Part shown: positions 21,114 through 31,884 of the stretch, piece by piece
How the letters are laid out: every line of letters begins with the position of its first letter
Position numbering within the stretch: the first letter of the stretch is position 1
Assembly: GCA_025558095.1 (NCBI GenBank)
Contig: JAIVFI010000037.1
Span: forward strand, 467,648-531,647
From: Hyaloraphidium curvatum SAG 235-1
Taxonomy: Eukaryota > Fungi > Monoblepharomycota
Length of the DNA stretch: 64,000 bases
Direction: 5' to 3'
Notes under the pieces: model-generated
Told to the model about the DNA's origin: nothing
Database searches by the model: none
What the model saw: only the letters and a program-made list of their open reading frames with translations
Position numbers and translations under genes: made by a program

Positions 21114-23011
21114 TCAAGCCAGCACCGCGGCGGCCGCCCCCGCTCCCGCGGCCGCCGCCCACGCCCACCCCGCCTTCCTCCCCGTCGCCGCCCCGAACGG
21201 CGGCACGTTGGTCGTCGTCGCCGCCTGCGTCGTGAAGCTCGGCACCGGCCCGTCGGCGCCGTAGATCGTCCACCCCTGCGAGCTCGCGCACGCCTGCATC
21301 CCCGCGTTCCCGGCTCCCGCGGGGACCAGGCAGAAGCCCGTGTTGAGAGACTGCAGCTTCGTGGGGTCGTTGGGGGGAAATCGCCACAGCAGGTCCGCGG
21401 GGGCCTGGGACTGCCGCCGGTGGAGGGAGGGGCGGATCCGGCTGCCGTTGAGGCACGAGCCAGATGTGCACTCGTCATCGGGGCACGGAACAATTTTGGC
21501 GTCTGGAAGAGGTGGAGTGGGGTGAGAAGGATTGGATTGCGCCCCCGTGCCGGCAACACCCACCTGCCTGCCCCTGTGCGGCGGAAAGGCAACCCCTTCC
21601 CGTGATGTCCCTCAGGAGCAGCTCGTTGCAGCTCCCCGGGTCGCACGTGATGACGAACGGCTGCTCCGACCCCGTCGTCGAGCACCGGATCGCGTTGCAG
21701 TTGAGGTAGGCCGGCGCGGTGCTCCCCGTGCGGAACAGCACGGCCGTCTCGAGCGGCGGCACGGTGGTCACCGCCGTCGTCGTGCTGGTGGTCGCGGTGG
21801 GCGGCTCCGTGGTCCGCGAGCCGGTCTGCGAACCCGTCTGCGTCTCGGTCCGCGAGGTCGTCGTGCGCGTCGTGCTCGTGGCCACGGTCGTCGTGCTCGT
21901 CGTCGTCGTGCTGCAAGTCTGCCCCTGTCCCACCGGCCTGTTCTCCCACTTGCCGTTCTCGTCCTCGCACCGGATCTGCACGCTGTCGACCTGGATCCGG
22001 TAATTCGGGTTCACGGGCTGCGACCAGTCCGTTGGCCCGCCAGCCCACTCGGCCACACCCTGCGCGCCCTGGCCGCCGTCCCAGATGGTGAAGACGAACT
22101 TGGAACTCCGGTAGGGGAACTTGCCGGGGACGGAGGAGGCGAGGAGGGTGCGCTTGACGGAGCCGTCGAGCCACCTAGGGGACGTCAGCGGGGACGGCGG
22201 CAGGGCGCCGAGGGGAAGACGCACCACTCGATCTTCTGCGGCGTGCGGGCCACGCAGATGTTGTGGAAGTTCTCATAGGTGTTTGTCGTCGGGAAGAACT
22301 CCCCGTGGCTAAAGTCGAGATCGTTGATGGAAAAGTAGGTCGTCTGCATCTCCTCCAGATTCTTGCCCACGAACTCGACGTCGATCTCGTCGTCGGGATT
22401 CGCGCCGGGCGTGTAGGAGTCGATGATGCCGGCGCTGACGACGCCGCCTCCCCGGGCCGTCTTCATGGTCTGTGGGGGGCCGCAGTTGAGCCTCCAATCG
22501 ACCCGGAGGCGGCTTAAGAGAAGGACCCACAAAGCAAACGCTCCCATACTGCCTGTAATGGCCGATTGCGGTCCGGCAAAGGAGCTCCGGTCAGCAGGAT
22601 CCCCACGCCCGGTTCAAAGCCCACGCACCACCACCGGCTCCACGACACCGCGCTCTCCCTCCCGAACGGCCGCCCGAACTCGTTGAGGTACGGCGACTTG
22701 ACCAGGTTCATCTGCAGCACCTTCTGCGCGCCGCTGCCCAGCGGCGTGATGAAGGCCGGCGCCTGCGGATACTCGGTGATCCATTCCGCGCAGGCCGGGT
22801 TGCCGTTCCACTCGGTGACGTTCTTCAGCTCGCTGGAATCCTCGAACCGCGTCGAGTAGACGCCGACGCAGTTGCCCTGCGACGCGAACGGCGACTTTAT
22901 CGTCGAGGGGAGGTCGCGCGCCCGGGCGGGCACGGCGGCGGCAAGGAGCGCGAGCGCCGAGACGGCCGCCACCGCGGGCAGTCGCGCACGGGAGGACCGT
23001 GCGGAAGGCAT
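21114..23011 (-). CDS. Secreted GH16 of the Crh/Utr2 transglycosylase type, with Thr-rich linker, ricin-B-like domain and probable GPI tail
   Basis: Signal peptide; catalytic DEIDVEF; IWDGG..GVAEWAGGPTDW; TTTT linker; Cys/Trp beta-trefoil-like repeats; hydrophobic C-terminus; several introns. Confidence 0.85.
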
Positions 23012-23171
23012 CGCGGTGGCCGATGGCCGGAGCCGCGGTGGGGGGGACGGCCGCAACGGTAAGCGGGTTCGGGAGGCGCAGCGACGGCGCAGGGACTTCA
23101 ACTCTCGAGGGAACCCCAATCACGTTCAAGCGGCGAGAAAGCCTTGGATCGGCATCTATGGGCACTCCGAC

Positions 23172-25895
23172 CTAGAAAGTCTCGACAAGCACCCTCCCGA
23201 AGCACTTCTGGCACCCTGGTCTGCCGTCCCTCCCCTCGAAATGCTCCTTCTGCACCTCCTCCATCCCCTTCGCCAGCGCCTCCCTCACCGCCGCCTGGTT
23301 CCCGCAGTAAAACACCCCCATGAACACCGCCCTGTCTTCGTCCGCATGCCGCTCGTGCATGCGCTGCATCATCGCCGCGATCATACCCCGGAAGTGCCCC
23401 GCCTCGAAGCGCTTCCCGGCGTGCCGCCGCACCCCGCGCTGCAGGAAGGTGCCGACGTCGTACGGGGCGGATGCCGCGGCCTTGTCCCCCGGCGGAGCGG
23501 CGACCTTGAGCACCGCGCCCCAGTCCGCGTCCGAGTTGCGCACGGGGCCTTCCGCGTCGGCCGCGGCCGACGCCACGACACCGGGGCCGACGGCAAGGAT
23601 GTCGCCCAGCAGCGCCTCCAGAGCAGGCATGTGCGCCGTCGAAGAGAGGACCATCCTCAGCAGGGCGGGGGGATCTTGATTGTGCGAGTGCGGCGAGTGC
23701 AGATGTAGGTAGGTCCAGATGCGCACGAGCGAGGCGGCCACGGAGAGGAAGCCGACGACGGCGAGGGCCTCGTAGATCCACGGAAACTCGTCCAGCGGGG
23801 GCCGGCTCTCGTCGATGATGCCCATGACGTCGAAGGCGGTCATGATCCCCGCGAGGACCAGCGAGAACAGGTCCACGATGAAAAGCACGGTGAGGGAGCG
23901 CCGCGCCAGGCGCCAGGCGTCGGGATGCAGGAGCACGGTCGCGAACCAGATGACCCGCAGGACGGTGATGGAAAACACCGTGACGGCGACGACCAGGTCC
24001 AGGGAGAGGACCACCATCACCGAGGTGCGCGCTTCCACCTCGACGATGGCGGCCAGGGTGACGAGCAGCGCGCCAAAGAGCTGCAGGGCAAACACCAGCA
24101 GCGTCGTGGTGGCGCCGACAACCCAGGCGGGGACGCCGCAGTGCGTGTCGATGGCGATCGAGCCCGACGACTTGGTCGAGTACTTGGTCGCGTTGTTCGG
24201 ATCGTTCCTGCTCCCCTTCGCGTGCTCCTCGCCCCCGTCCATCTCCGGCAGCTCCACCTTGGGCATCGGCACCGTCGTCACCAGCGACGCAAACACGCTC
24301 ATCATGGCCGTGCACCCCACCCCCGTCCCGACGAGCAGCACGGCGTCGAATGACCTATGATCCTGCGCCGGCGCGCCCTGCGGCCTGGTGATCGTGAACC
24401 TCAAGTTCCCGGCCGTGTGCGCCCGCTCCACGTCCTCCGCGCCGTCCAGCAGCGCCTCCCCCGGCTGCAGCAGGTCCTTGGATTTGGACTCACCCCCGCC
24501 CTGGCTGCGATCCAGCGCATCGAACACCCGCCGCGTCCACCCGTCCGCGCGGCCGATGATGAAGGCGATCCGGTGCTCGTCCGTGCTGGGGCTCGCGATG
24601 CTGAAGGGGTGCGACTCGCGGCCCTCGAAGAAGCGGAGGAAGCGGCGCCACGTTCCCCTGTGGGCGTCCGAGAAGAAGGACGTCCGGACGAGGGCGTACT
24701 GCCCAGCAACGAACGCGTACTCGGGGCTGCGGGGAAGCGAGAGCAGGACGCCGGTGGCCTTGCCGCCGTCGTAGTAGGCCGCAGTGGGCTTGACGGGCTG
24801 CAGGTCGCCGCCACCCGGGGCGGGGAGGTACCGCACCACCAGGTCGACGAACGACCACAGGCCGAGGACCCAGAACACGACCGCGACGTCCGACACGCCG
24901 CGGTTCTGCGCGTGGATCGAGATGAAGACGGTGAAGAGGAAGAAGCCGAGCCAGTGGGTGTTGATGAAGAAGAGATGGCTGGGCACGAGCTTCTTGAGGA
25001 AGGTGACGACCTTGGCAAGCCTCGACTCCTTGTCCTCGGGCACCTGCAGCGCCCTCAGGTAGTAGAACGACACCCCCGGCACGATGATGAGCAGGGTGAA
25101 GACGCCAAAGAGGATCGAGCCGGTGACGAGGAGCCAGAAGGTGCCCCGGTTGCCGGCGAAGCCGACGGAGAAATACCAGGTCACCGGCCAGTACTGCGTG
25201 CCCCAGAAGATGACGTAGTCCGCCGCGTGGCCTGTCGGGCGAGTTGGGTTAGAGAAAAGCAGAGCCAGGGAGCCAACACGGGAGACGAGACACCCACAGA
25301 CTGTGTGCACGACGGCGAGCACGAAGGCGACGACGCCGAGGGTGGCGTGGAAGTGCGGCATGAGCGCGTGGAACGGGATCGCCCCCACGAGCCAGTCGGT
25401 GACCTCCCAGTTGCGGTGCAGCAGCCCGCGCAGAGCCGTCTGGGTGCTCCGCAGCGTGGTCAGGTACAGCAGCGAGAGCGTGAAGGTCATGCCGCGGCCG
25501 GCGGCCTTGGCGGCGGGGAGCAGGCCGTTCATGGGGTACGGCAGGTCGGCGTTCCAGAAGAGCGAGGCGCCCCAGACGACGAAGAAGGCGAGGAAGAGGA
25601 AGAAGGCGACGGCGAGCATGGTCGTCGGCAGCTCGGGGTTGACGTGCCCGAAGGGGTTGCCCTCGAGCGACGGCGGGGGGACCGGCGGCGGCGCAGGCGG
25701 CGGGGCGTCCTTCGCTGCTTCGGCCGCGGCGCCCATCGCGTTGACCGGCGGTCCACCGGGCTTCGCGGGCGGCGCGCCGTTGGCCGCCCCGTTCCCCGCG
25801 GAATCGCCCCCCGCCCCGGCCTTCCCGCCCGGAATGTCTGCTTTCGGGGTGTGTGATCGCGGCCCCGCGGTGCGGTTGTCCTGCCGCGGCTCCAT
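23172..25895 (-). CDS. NADPH oxidase / ferric-reductase family protein with four extra TM helices inside the NADPH-binding domain
   Basis: Heme His pairs (FHATLG..VVHT; THWL..ISIH); FAD motifs GQY and HPFSIAS; NADPH motif LLVGTGVGCT; GVFYCGN; terminal ETF. Probable in-frame intron at 25232-25297. Confidence 0.88.
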   Translation of the reverse strand: MEPRQDNRTAGPRSHTPKADIPGGKAGAGGDSAGNGAANGAPPAKPGGPPVNAMGAAAEAAKDAPPPAPPPVPPPSLEGNPFGHVNPELPTTMLAVAFFLFLAFFVVWGASLFWNADLPYPMNGLLPAAKAAGRGMTFTLSLLYLTTLRSTQTALRGLLHRNWEVTDWLVGAIPFHALMPHFHATLGVVAFVLAVVHTVCGCLVSRVGSLALLFSNPTRPTGHAADYVIFWGTQYWPVTWYFSVGFAGNRGTFWLLVTGSILFGVFTLLIIVPGVSFYYLRALQVPEDKESRLAKVVTFLKKLVPSHLFFINTHWLGFFLFTVFISIHAQNRGVSDVAVVFWVLGLWSFVDLVVRYLPAPGGGDLQPVKPTAAYYDGGKATGVLLSLPRSPEYAFVAGQYALVRTSFFSDAHRGTWRRFLRFFEGRESHPFSIASPSTDEHRIAFIIGRADGWTRRVFDALDRSQGGGESKSKDLLQPGEALLDGAEDVERAHTAGNLRFTITRPQGAPAQDHRSFDAVLLVGTGVGCTAMMSVFASLVTTVPMPKVELPEMDGGEEHAKGSRNDPNNATKYSTKSSGSIAIDTHCGVPAWVVGATTTLLVFALQLFGALLVTLAAIVEVEARTSVMVVLSLDLVVAVTVFSITVLRVIWFATVLLHPDAWRLARRSLTVLFIVDLFSLVLAGIMTAFDVMGIIDESRPPLDEFPWIYEALAVVGFLSVAASLVRIWTYLHLHSPHSHNQDPPALLRMVLSSTAHMPALEALLGDILAVGPGVVASAAADAEGPVRNSDADWGAVLKVAAPPGDKAAASAPYDVGTFLQRGVRRHAGKRFEAGHFRGMIAAMMQRMHERHADEDRAVFMGVFYCGNQAAVREALAKGMEEVQKEHFEGRDGRPGCQKCFGRVLVETF

Positions 25896-26429
25896 CGTGT
25901 TCAGGGAGCGGATCTGCGCGAAGAGATCGACGGGTGCCGAGGGGCGGCGGGGCGGCAACTCTCCGCAAGGGCACCGGGCGGAGTGCACAGCGGCCCCGGA
26001 TCAAAGGCAACCCTGAGCGAAGTATCGCATCGGCAGTCTGGTTATTCCTGCAGAGTTAATCGGGCTCGATACTTGTGGGCTGGGCTGGGGGATCAGGGAG
26101 AAAGGGGATCACGCGTCACCTGACCGGGTCGGGCCAGCTGCTATAGCTGCCCATGATGCAGGCTCTGTCTGCGAATGTCTCCCGATACAGCTTGCTGTGG
26201 AGTCGGCGGTCCGCGGATCGACATCGGCAGAACCTCCATATTTGGGGCCGGCTGCGCCCCGGACCCGTTCAAAACCAGGCCGTTTTCTCGCCCCGCCTCG
26301 GGACACCGGGAGACCGTTCCGCCCACCCGAAAAGGCCGCCGGCCGACGGTACGTACCGCGATGCGCTAGGCGCGGGTCCCGCGTCCTGTTTCTGACGGCC
26401 GCCGCCACCCTCCAGAACCCGCCTGAACC

Positions 26430-27821
26430 ATGCGGCTCCCCGCCTCCCTCGCCGCCCTCGCGGCGCTCTCCGCCTCGATGCCCCTCCTCCCCGGCGTTGC
26501 CGCCGACTACTCGTACCCCGACGCGGCGACCGCCTTCCCCGGGCACACGCTCGTGCTGAACGAGGAGTTCTCGGGCCCGGCGCTCAACTCGACCCTCTGG
26601 ACGCCCGACTGGGACTGCTCCGGCTGGGGCAACGGCATGCGCGCCGCCTACACGACCAGCCCCAAGAACCTGTACCTCCAGGACGGCATGCTGCACCTGA
26701 ACCCCATCTGCGGGCGGCTCCAGCCGGACAAGTCCATCTGCCAGCCCTTCTCGGGCTACCCCGAGTGCGCGTGCGAGCCGACCAACGTCAACCCGGTGGA
26801 CGCGACTGGGGCGCAGATCACCACGCGGCACCGGTTCGCGTTCAACAAGGGCAAGTTCCGGGTGCGGGCCAAGATGAGCACGGGGTTCTACACCTGGCCG
26901 GCCTTCTGGCTGTACCGCGACTGGAAGAAGGGCGAGGAGATGCCCGTGGCGGGGGAGATCGACATCATGGAGGGCGTCGGCAAGCGCCCGCAGTGGTGGA
27001 CGGCCGTGATCCACTACCTCACCAAGGATGCGGCGACGGGGGAGCTCAAGGACAAGGTCCGCAACAGCAACGACGACTGGACCAACAACCTGAACGATTC
27101 GTTCCACGTCTACGGCCTGGACTGGTCCGACGGGCTGATGGTGTGGACCGTGGACGAGACGGTCATGTGGAAGGTGGACTACGCCAAGCTGTTCAGCGAC
27201 CCGAGCAACGTCAACGTCTTTGACGACGGTTACTTCTACATCATCCTTGACGTCGCCGTCGGCGGGAGGATGTTCGGCATAGGATACGGCGCCAAGAAAC
27301 CGCCGTACGACGAGCTGTGCGCCGACGCAAACACCTTCACCCCCACCATCGTGGGTCGCGCCCTCCGCCCGCGCCGTTCCGGGTTCTGATCCCTCCCCCA
27401 GGTCGACTACGTCCGCCTGTACCAGCTCAGCGACCGCGTCAACTACACCACCGGCGCCGGGCCCGACCTTGTCAAGGGCTCCTCGGTGCCCGGCTCCGCG
27501 GTGCCGGACGGGCAGGGCGCCGCGTGTCCGTTCGACGGGTGCGTGGGGAGCAGCTGGAACCAGAGGGTCAATTCGATCCTGGGGATCAGCGGGGACGAGA
27601 CCACGACGACCACCACGACGCGGTCGACGTCGTCGAGGACGACGACGTCCAAGACCAAGACGAGCAAGACGTCGAGCACGACGCTGGCGGTGGAGAGCAC
27701 GGGGGCGGTGCTGCAGGTGGTCACGACGTCGCGGCCGTCGGGCGCACGGGGGGCTTCGGTGCCGGGGTGGATCGCGGGGGCAGGTGCCTTGATGTTGGGG
27801 GCTGCGGCGGTGCTGCTCTAG
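26430..27821 (+). CDS. Secreted GH16 laminarinase-like beta-1,3-glucanase with Ser/Thr stalk and GPI-like tail
   Basis: Signal peptide; EEFSG, WPAFWL, GEIDIMEG, FHVYGLDW, VAVGG. Intron 27351-27402, then VDYVRLYQ. Confidence 0.9.
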
Positions 27822-28661
27822 ACCTTCATCGTCAAGCTGACCGACGGGACATGCTGTTCGGCCGCGAGTCGCGGCCCGGGCGAGAAGCCCACAACGGACC
27901 GGAACGAGGACCGGATCAGAGCGAAGGGACAAGGCGGCTGCTAGCGTGGTTCCTAGCCCGTCGTTTCTAGAGTCGTGCATAATGTAGTTTTTGTCTATTC
28001 AGCGGTGCTTCGCGATGGATGGCCGACACGAAACGGGGGGTCGCGCAATGGCACCCACTGTTGGAGCGGCCACGTATCCTCCGACGCAGAGGAGTGCTCG
28101 AAGCGGGGAAACGCCGGATTTTGCGGGCAGGACTATCTCCGAACCGCGACATGCCCAATAGATGTGACCGATCCGGTGGAAGCCAAAAAGACGGCTCCGA
28201 GCCGCATCTCACGCTACCATGCACGATCTGCTGGCTGGTAGCGGTGCACTTCCAGCATTGCCGACGGTGCCGCACGCCGGCGGCGTTCCATCCGACAGGC
28301 ATCGCACGCCAAGGCACTCCGGCGAAACGGAAGGGTTGGATCGGGGTCGGCCCGAAGCAAACGGAGCGCGGGAGAGAATTCGCATTGGACGGATCGGCGC
28401 CCCGGGCGGCGGCCGCCCGCGCATCGCCGCGGCCGCAACCGGCGGTTGAGAAACGCTGCGGTGGCACCGTGTGCGTTCCGCGGAAAGTGGATCCGGACTC
28501 CAAATGTTGTCCGCCGTGCCGTGGGTGTGACAGTGGGGAGGTCCGGCACGCTGTCGGAGCGGACTCTGACGTCAGGCGCCCGCCGGATCCCCAGCCACGG
28601 CGTTCGGGCAGCCCGAGACCCCCGGACCCGATTCCGCAGACCGCGAACCCCACACGACCGC

Positions 28662-29216
28662 ATGGCGCCGCCGGAGCCATCCCCCACCCCGCCTGCGCCC
28701 CGCGGCCAGCCCGGCGACGCGGCCCCGACGGCCGCCGCCCCCGCGCAACCGCGGCGGCCAGCGCTGCCCGCCGGCGCCGCCACGCACCCGCCCGGCACCC
28801 GCGCGGCAGACTTCCGCCAGCTCGCGGAGCGCTCGTTCCCGGCCCGGACGCGCAACGGTGCCGACGTGGGCCGCACGCAGCTCGCGACGGTGCTCCCCGA
28901 CCCGCACCGCGAAGGGGGCGGCGCCGAGAGGTGCACGCACGGCGTGCCGCGGGGCGTCCTGTGTGCGCCGTGTGCCACGGCGTATGCGGCGGACATCGGC
29001 GCCGACGATTCGAGCTCGGACGGGGAGGAGGAGGAGGCGGAGGACGGGCCAGGGGCGCGCGGACTGCCGGGCGGCTCGGGCGGCCGGTCCGCGCCGGGGC
29101 GGGCGTGGGAGTTCCCGCTGCCCCCGCGGAAGCCCGGGACGCGGACATTGGACGATGAGAGGGCGGCGACGTGGCCGTGGGATCCGCAGGGGCCGAGGAA
29201 TACGCTGCCGAACTGA
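28662..29216 (+). CDS. Hypothetical protein with a CxH-x7-CxxC motif and acidic tract
   Basis: CTHGVPRGVLCAPC followed by DDSSSDGEEEE. Confidence 0.45.
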   Translation: MAPPEPSPTPPAPRGQPGDAAPTAAAPAQPRRPALPAGAATHPPGTRAADFRQLAERSFPARTRNGADVGRTQLATVLPDPHREGGGAERCTHGVPRGVLCAPCATAYAADIGADDSSSDGEEEEAEDGPGARGLPGGSGGRSAPGRAWEFPLPPRKPGTRTLDDERAATWPWDPQGPRNTLPN

Positions 29217-29918
29217 CGGTGCGGCCAGGGAAGGCGGATATCGGCCGGGACGACTCTGCGCACGGGGCCACGCTGGGAACGATAGAGACCTCGAATTTGA
29301 CACCAATCCCGACCGGAGAACGTCCGATCGATGTGCCGTGCCGTCGTTCGGTACCGCGCCGCATGAACCGGATTCCGCGCCGGGCGGAAGCTCCGACCGT
29401 CCAACACTAACGCCGGCGATGGGATCGGGGCGCCGCCCCGTCGGACCCGCGGCGCGCACCGCGCGGGCTGAGATGATTGCCCGCCTCCGAAACTGGGTGC
29501 CCGGAGCGGACGGGGTCCCGGCGTGCATGCCGAGGCGGCGGCAGCTCCAGCCGGACGATCCCGGCCCGCCGGCCGCCCCGGCGTTCAGCCCCGACACCTC
29601 CGTCCGACCGTTTCCCGCCCCGCATCGGGCGGCCCGTTGTGCAAGCAGCGACGGGATCCGTACCGATGTGCCCGCATGCCCGCTTCCGGAGCGGGGTCGC
29701 GGCACCGGATTGGCTCCCGAGGGACCCGGGGCGGCCGCACTTGCCGCGCGCCTCCCCGTTCGGACGTCGGGCACCACTCAGGACGCACACTCTCGATCCC
29801 CCACGTCAATTTTCGAATTGAAGGATGCCCTCCATCCGCAGAAAAGCTGCGTCCCCGCGCCATCCCCCCGTAGCGCGCCGCAGGCATCCCGGCCCGCCCG
29901 CGCCCGAGCCCATCCGGC

Positions 29919-31216
29919 TCAATCGTCCACCGCGGCGTACACGACCGCCCTGAGCTCCCTCCTGACGGGGTAGCTGCTGCTCGGCACCAGCTGCGTCATG
30001 AACACCACCGCCATCTCCTCCTCGGGGTCGATCCAGAAGGCCGTGGACGCCATGCCGCCCCTGGACCGCCGGAGAAAACGCGTCAGGGAGCCCGCGCCGG
30101 GTCCGGAAGCGCGGGAACCCACCAGTAGAATTCGCCCTTGGACGACGGCGTTGCGGCCTTGGCCGGGTCGTCGCACACCGCGAACCCCAGCCCGAACCCG
30201 ATCCCCGCGTTGGTCGCCTCCGAGAAGAGGCTGCGCGACATGCCCGTCAGGTCGCCCGCGCCGGGGAGGTGGTTCGACGCCATCAGCCTGAGCGTCTTGC
30301 GCGACAGTATGCGGGCGCCGTCGAGGGTGCCGCGGTTGACGAGCATGTGGCAGAAGCGGAGGTAGTCCGCCGCCGTGGAGAGCAGCCCGCCGCCGCCCGA
30401 GTAGAACTCCGGTTCCTTGAGGAACGGCGAGCTGGCGGGGTCGTCCGAGAGGGTGTACCCGTCCCCCGGGCCGCGGGTGTAGCACGGCACGAGTCGGTGC
30501 GCCTTTTCCGGCGGCACCGAGAAGGAGGTGTCGACCATGCCTAAAGGCTCGAAGATGCGGGTGCGGAGGAACTCGGCGAACGGCACCCCCGAGATCACCT
30601 CGACGAGGTATCCCAGGACGTCGGTCGAGACGCCGTAGTTCCACGCTTCCCCCGGCGAGAACTCGAGCGGCAACTTGCCCAGCTCCTCGGCGAACTGCGC
30701 GAGCGACATGCCCGCGAGGTTGGTCCCCGGTATGCCGGCCTTGCGGTAGGCCTCGTCGACGGGCGTGCGGTTCTGGAACCCGTAGGTGAGCCCCGAGGTG
30801 TGCCGGAGGAGGTCGATGACCTGCATCTTGCGGGCGGGGGGCGTCGTCTTGAAGTCCGGGTACGTGCCCGACGCGTAGACGCCGAGGCCGGCCCAGCTTG
30901 GGATGTACTTGTCCACGGGATCCTCGAGCAGCACCTTGCCCTCCTCGTAGAGCATCAGCAGCGCCACCGACGTGATGGGTTTTGTCATGCTGTATATGCG
31001 AAAGATGGCGTCCTCGGCCATGGGGGTCCCCCTCTCGCGGTCCGACAGCCCCAGGCACGACACGTGCGCCAGCTTGCCCCTGCGCGAAACGAGTGCGAGG
31101 CAGCCCGGGATGCGGCCGGCGTTGACGTAGCGCTCCTGCAGGAAGGCGTCGAGCCCGGCCAGCCGCGCGGGGGACAGGCCGACGGAATCGGGGGGGACGC
31201 GGGGCGGGAGCGCCAT
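29919..31216 (-). CDS. Beta-lactamase-family (class C / EstB-like) serine hydrolase
   Basis: FRIYSMTK (SxxK), [24 protein letters not shown] single intron near 30062-30122. Confidence 0.92.
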
Positions 31217-31884
31217 CGCGGGCACGGGGCGGGGAGACGGGTGAAGGGAGTGTGGCGGGAGCGGGAGGAGGCGGCGGCGTAGGCGGAGCGGGGAACGGAG
31301 GTGTGGGAGGCGATGGACGTGCCGGGCCGTGCGGAAGCGGGACGGGCGGGACTCGACCTCCCGTCACCGACATCACCGCCATCTGGCCCGGCCACCTCCC
31401 AGGTCGTCGACAGTGCCATCCTGATTATGCATGCACCGGGGCGTGGCCGGTTGCGGTGCGGATGGGACGCAAACAGTGACGCTGCGACAGGTCCCAGGGC
31501 GGAAACCTCTGATTCCCCCTGGAAACTGGGCAAGCCACCCCCAGCATCACCACGGAGGGTGCCGCATGCCTCTTGGCCTTCGATGGGGCCGATGGGGGAC
31601 GGCGATGGGCTGCATCCGGGGTTGGGATGGGATGACGTGTTCGGGAGATCCCGGCCGTCCCTTCAACGACGCTGGTGCGGCCGGCCATTCACGGCCCCGG
31701 AAGAGGCGGCCGGCGGGCCCGGAGCCCGCCCCGACAGCGTCTGCTGACACTACCGGGTCGCACACACGTCGACAGCTAATGCCTGAAGCCGGATGCCCTG
31801 GCGCGTTTGCAAAGGGGCCGGTGGCTGGCCGTCCCCTAGGAACCGATTTGGAGAGGACGCAGCTGACCGCACACGCCACGGACA

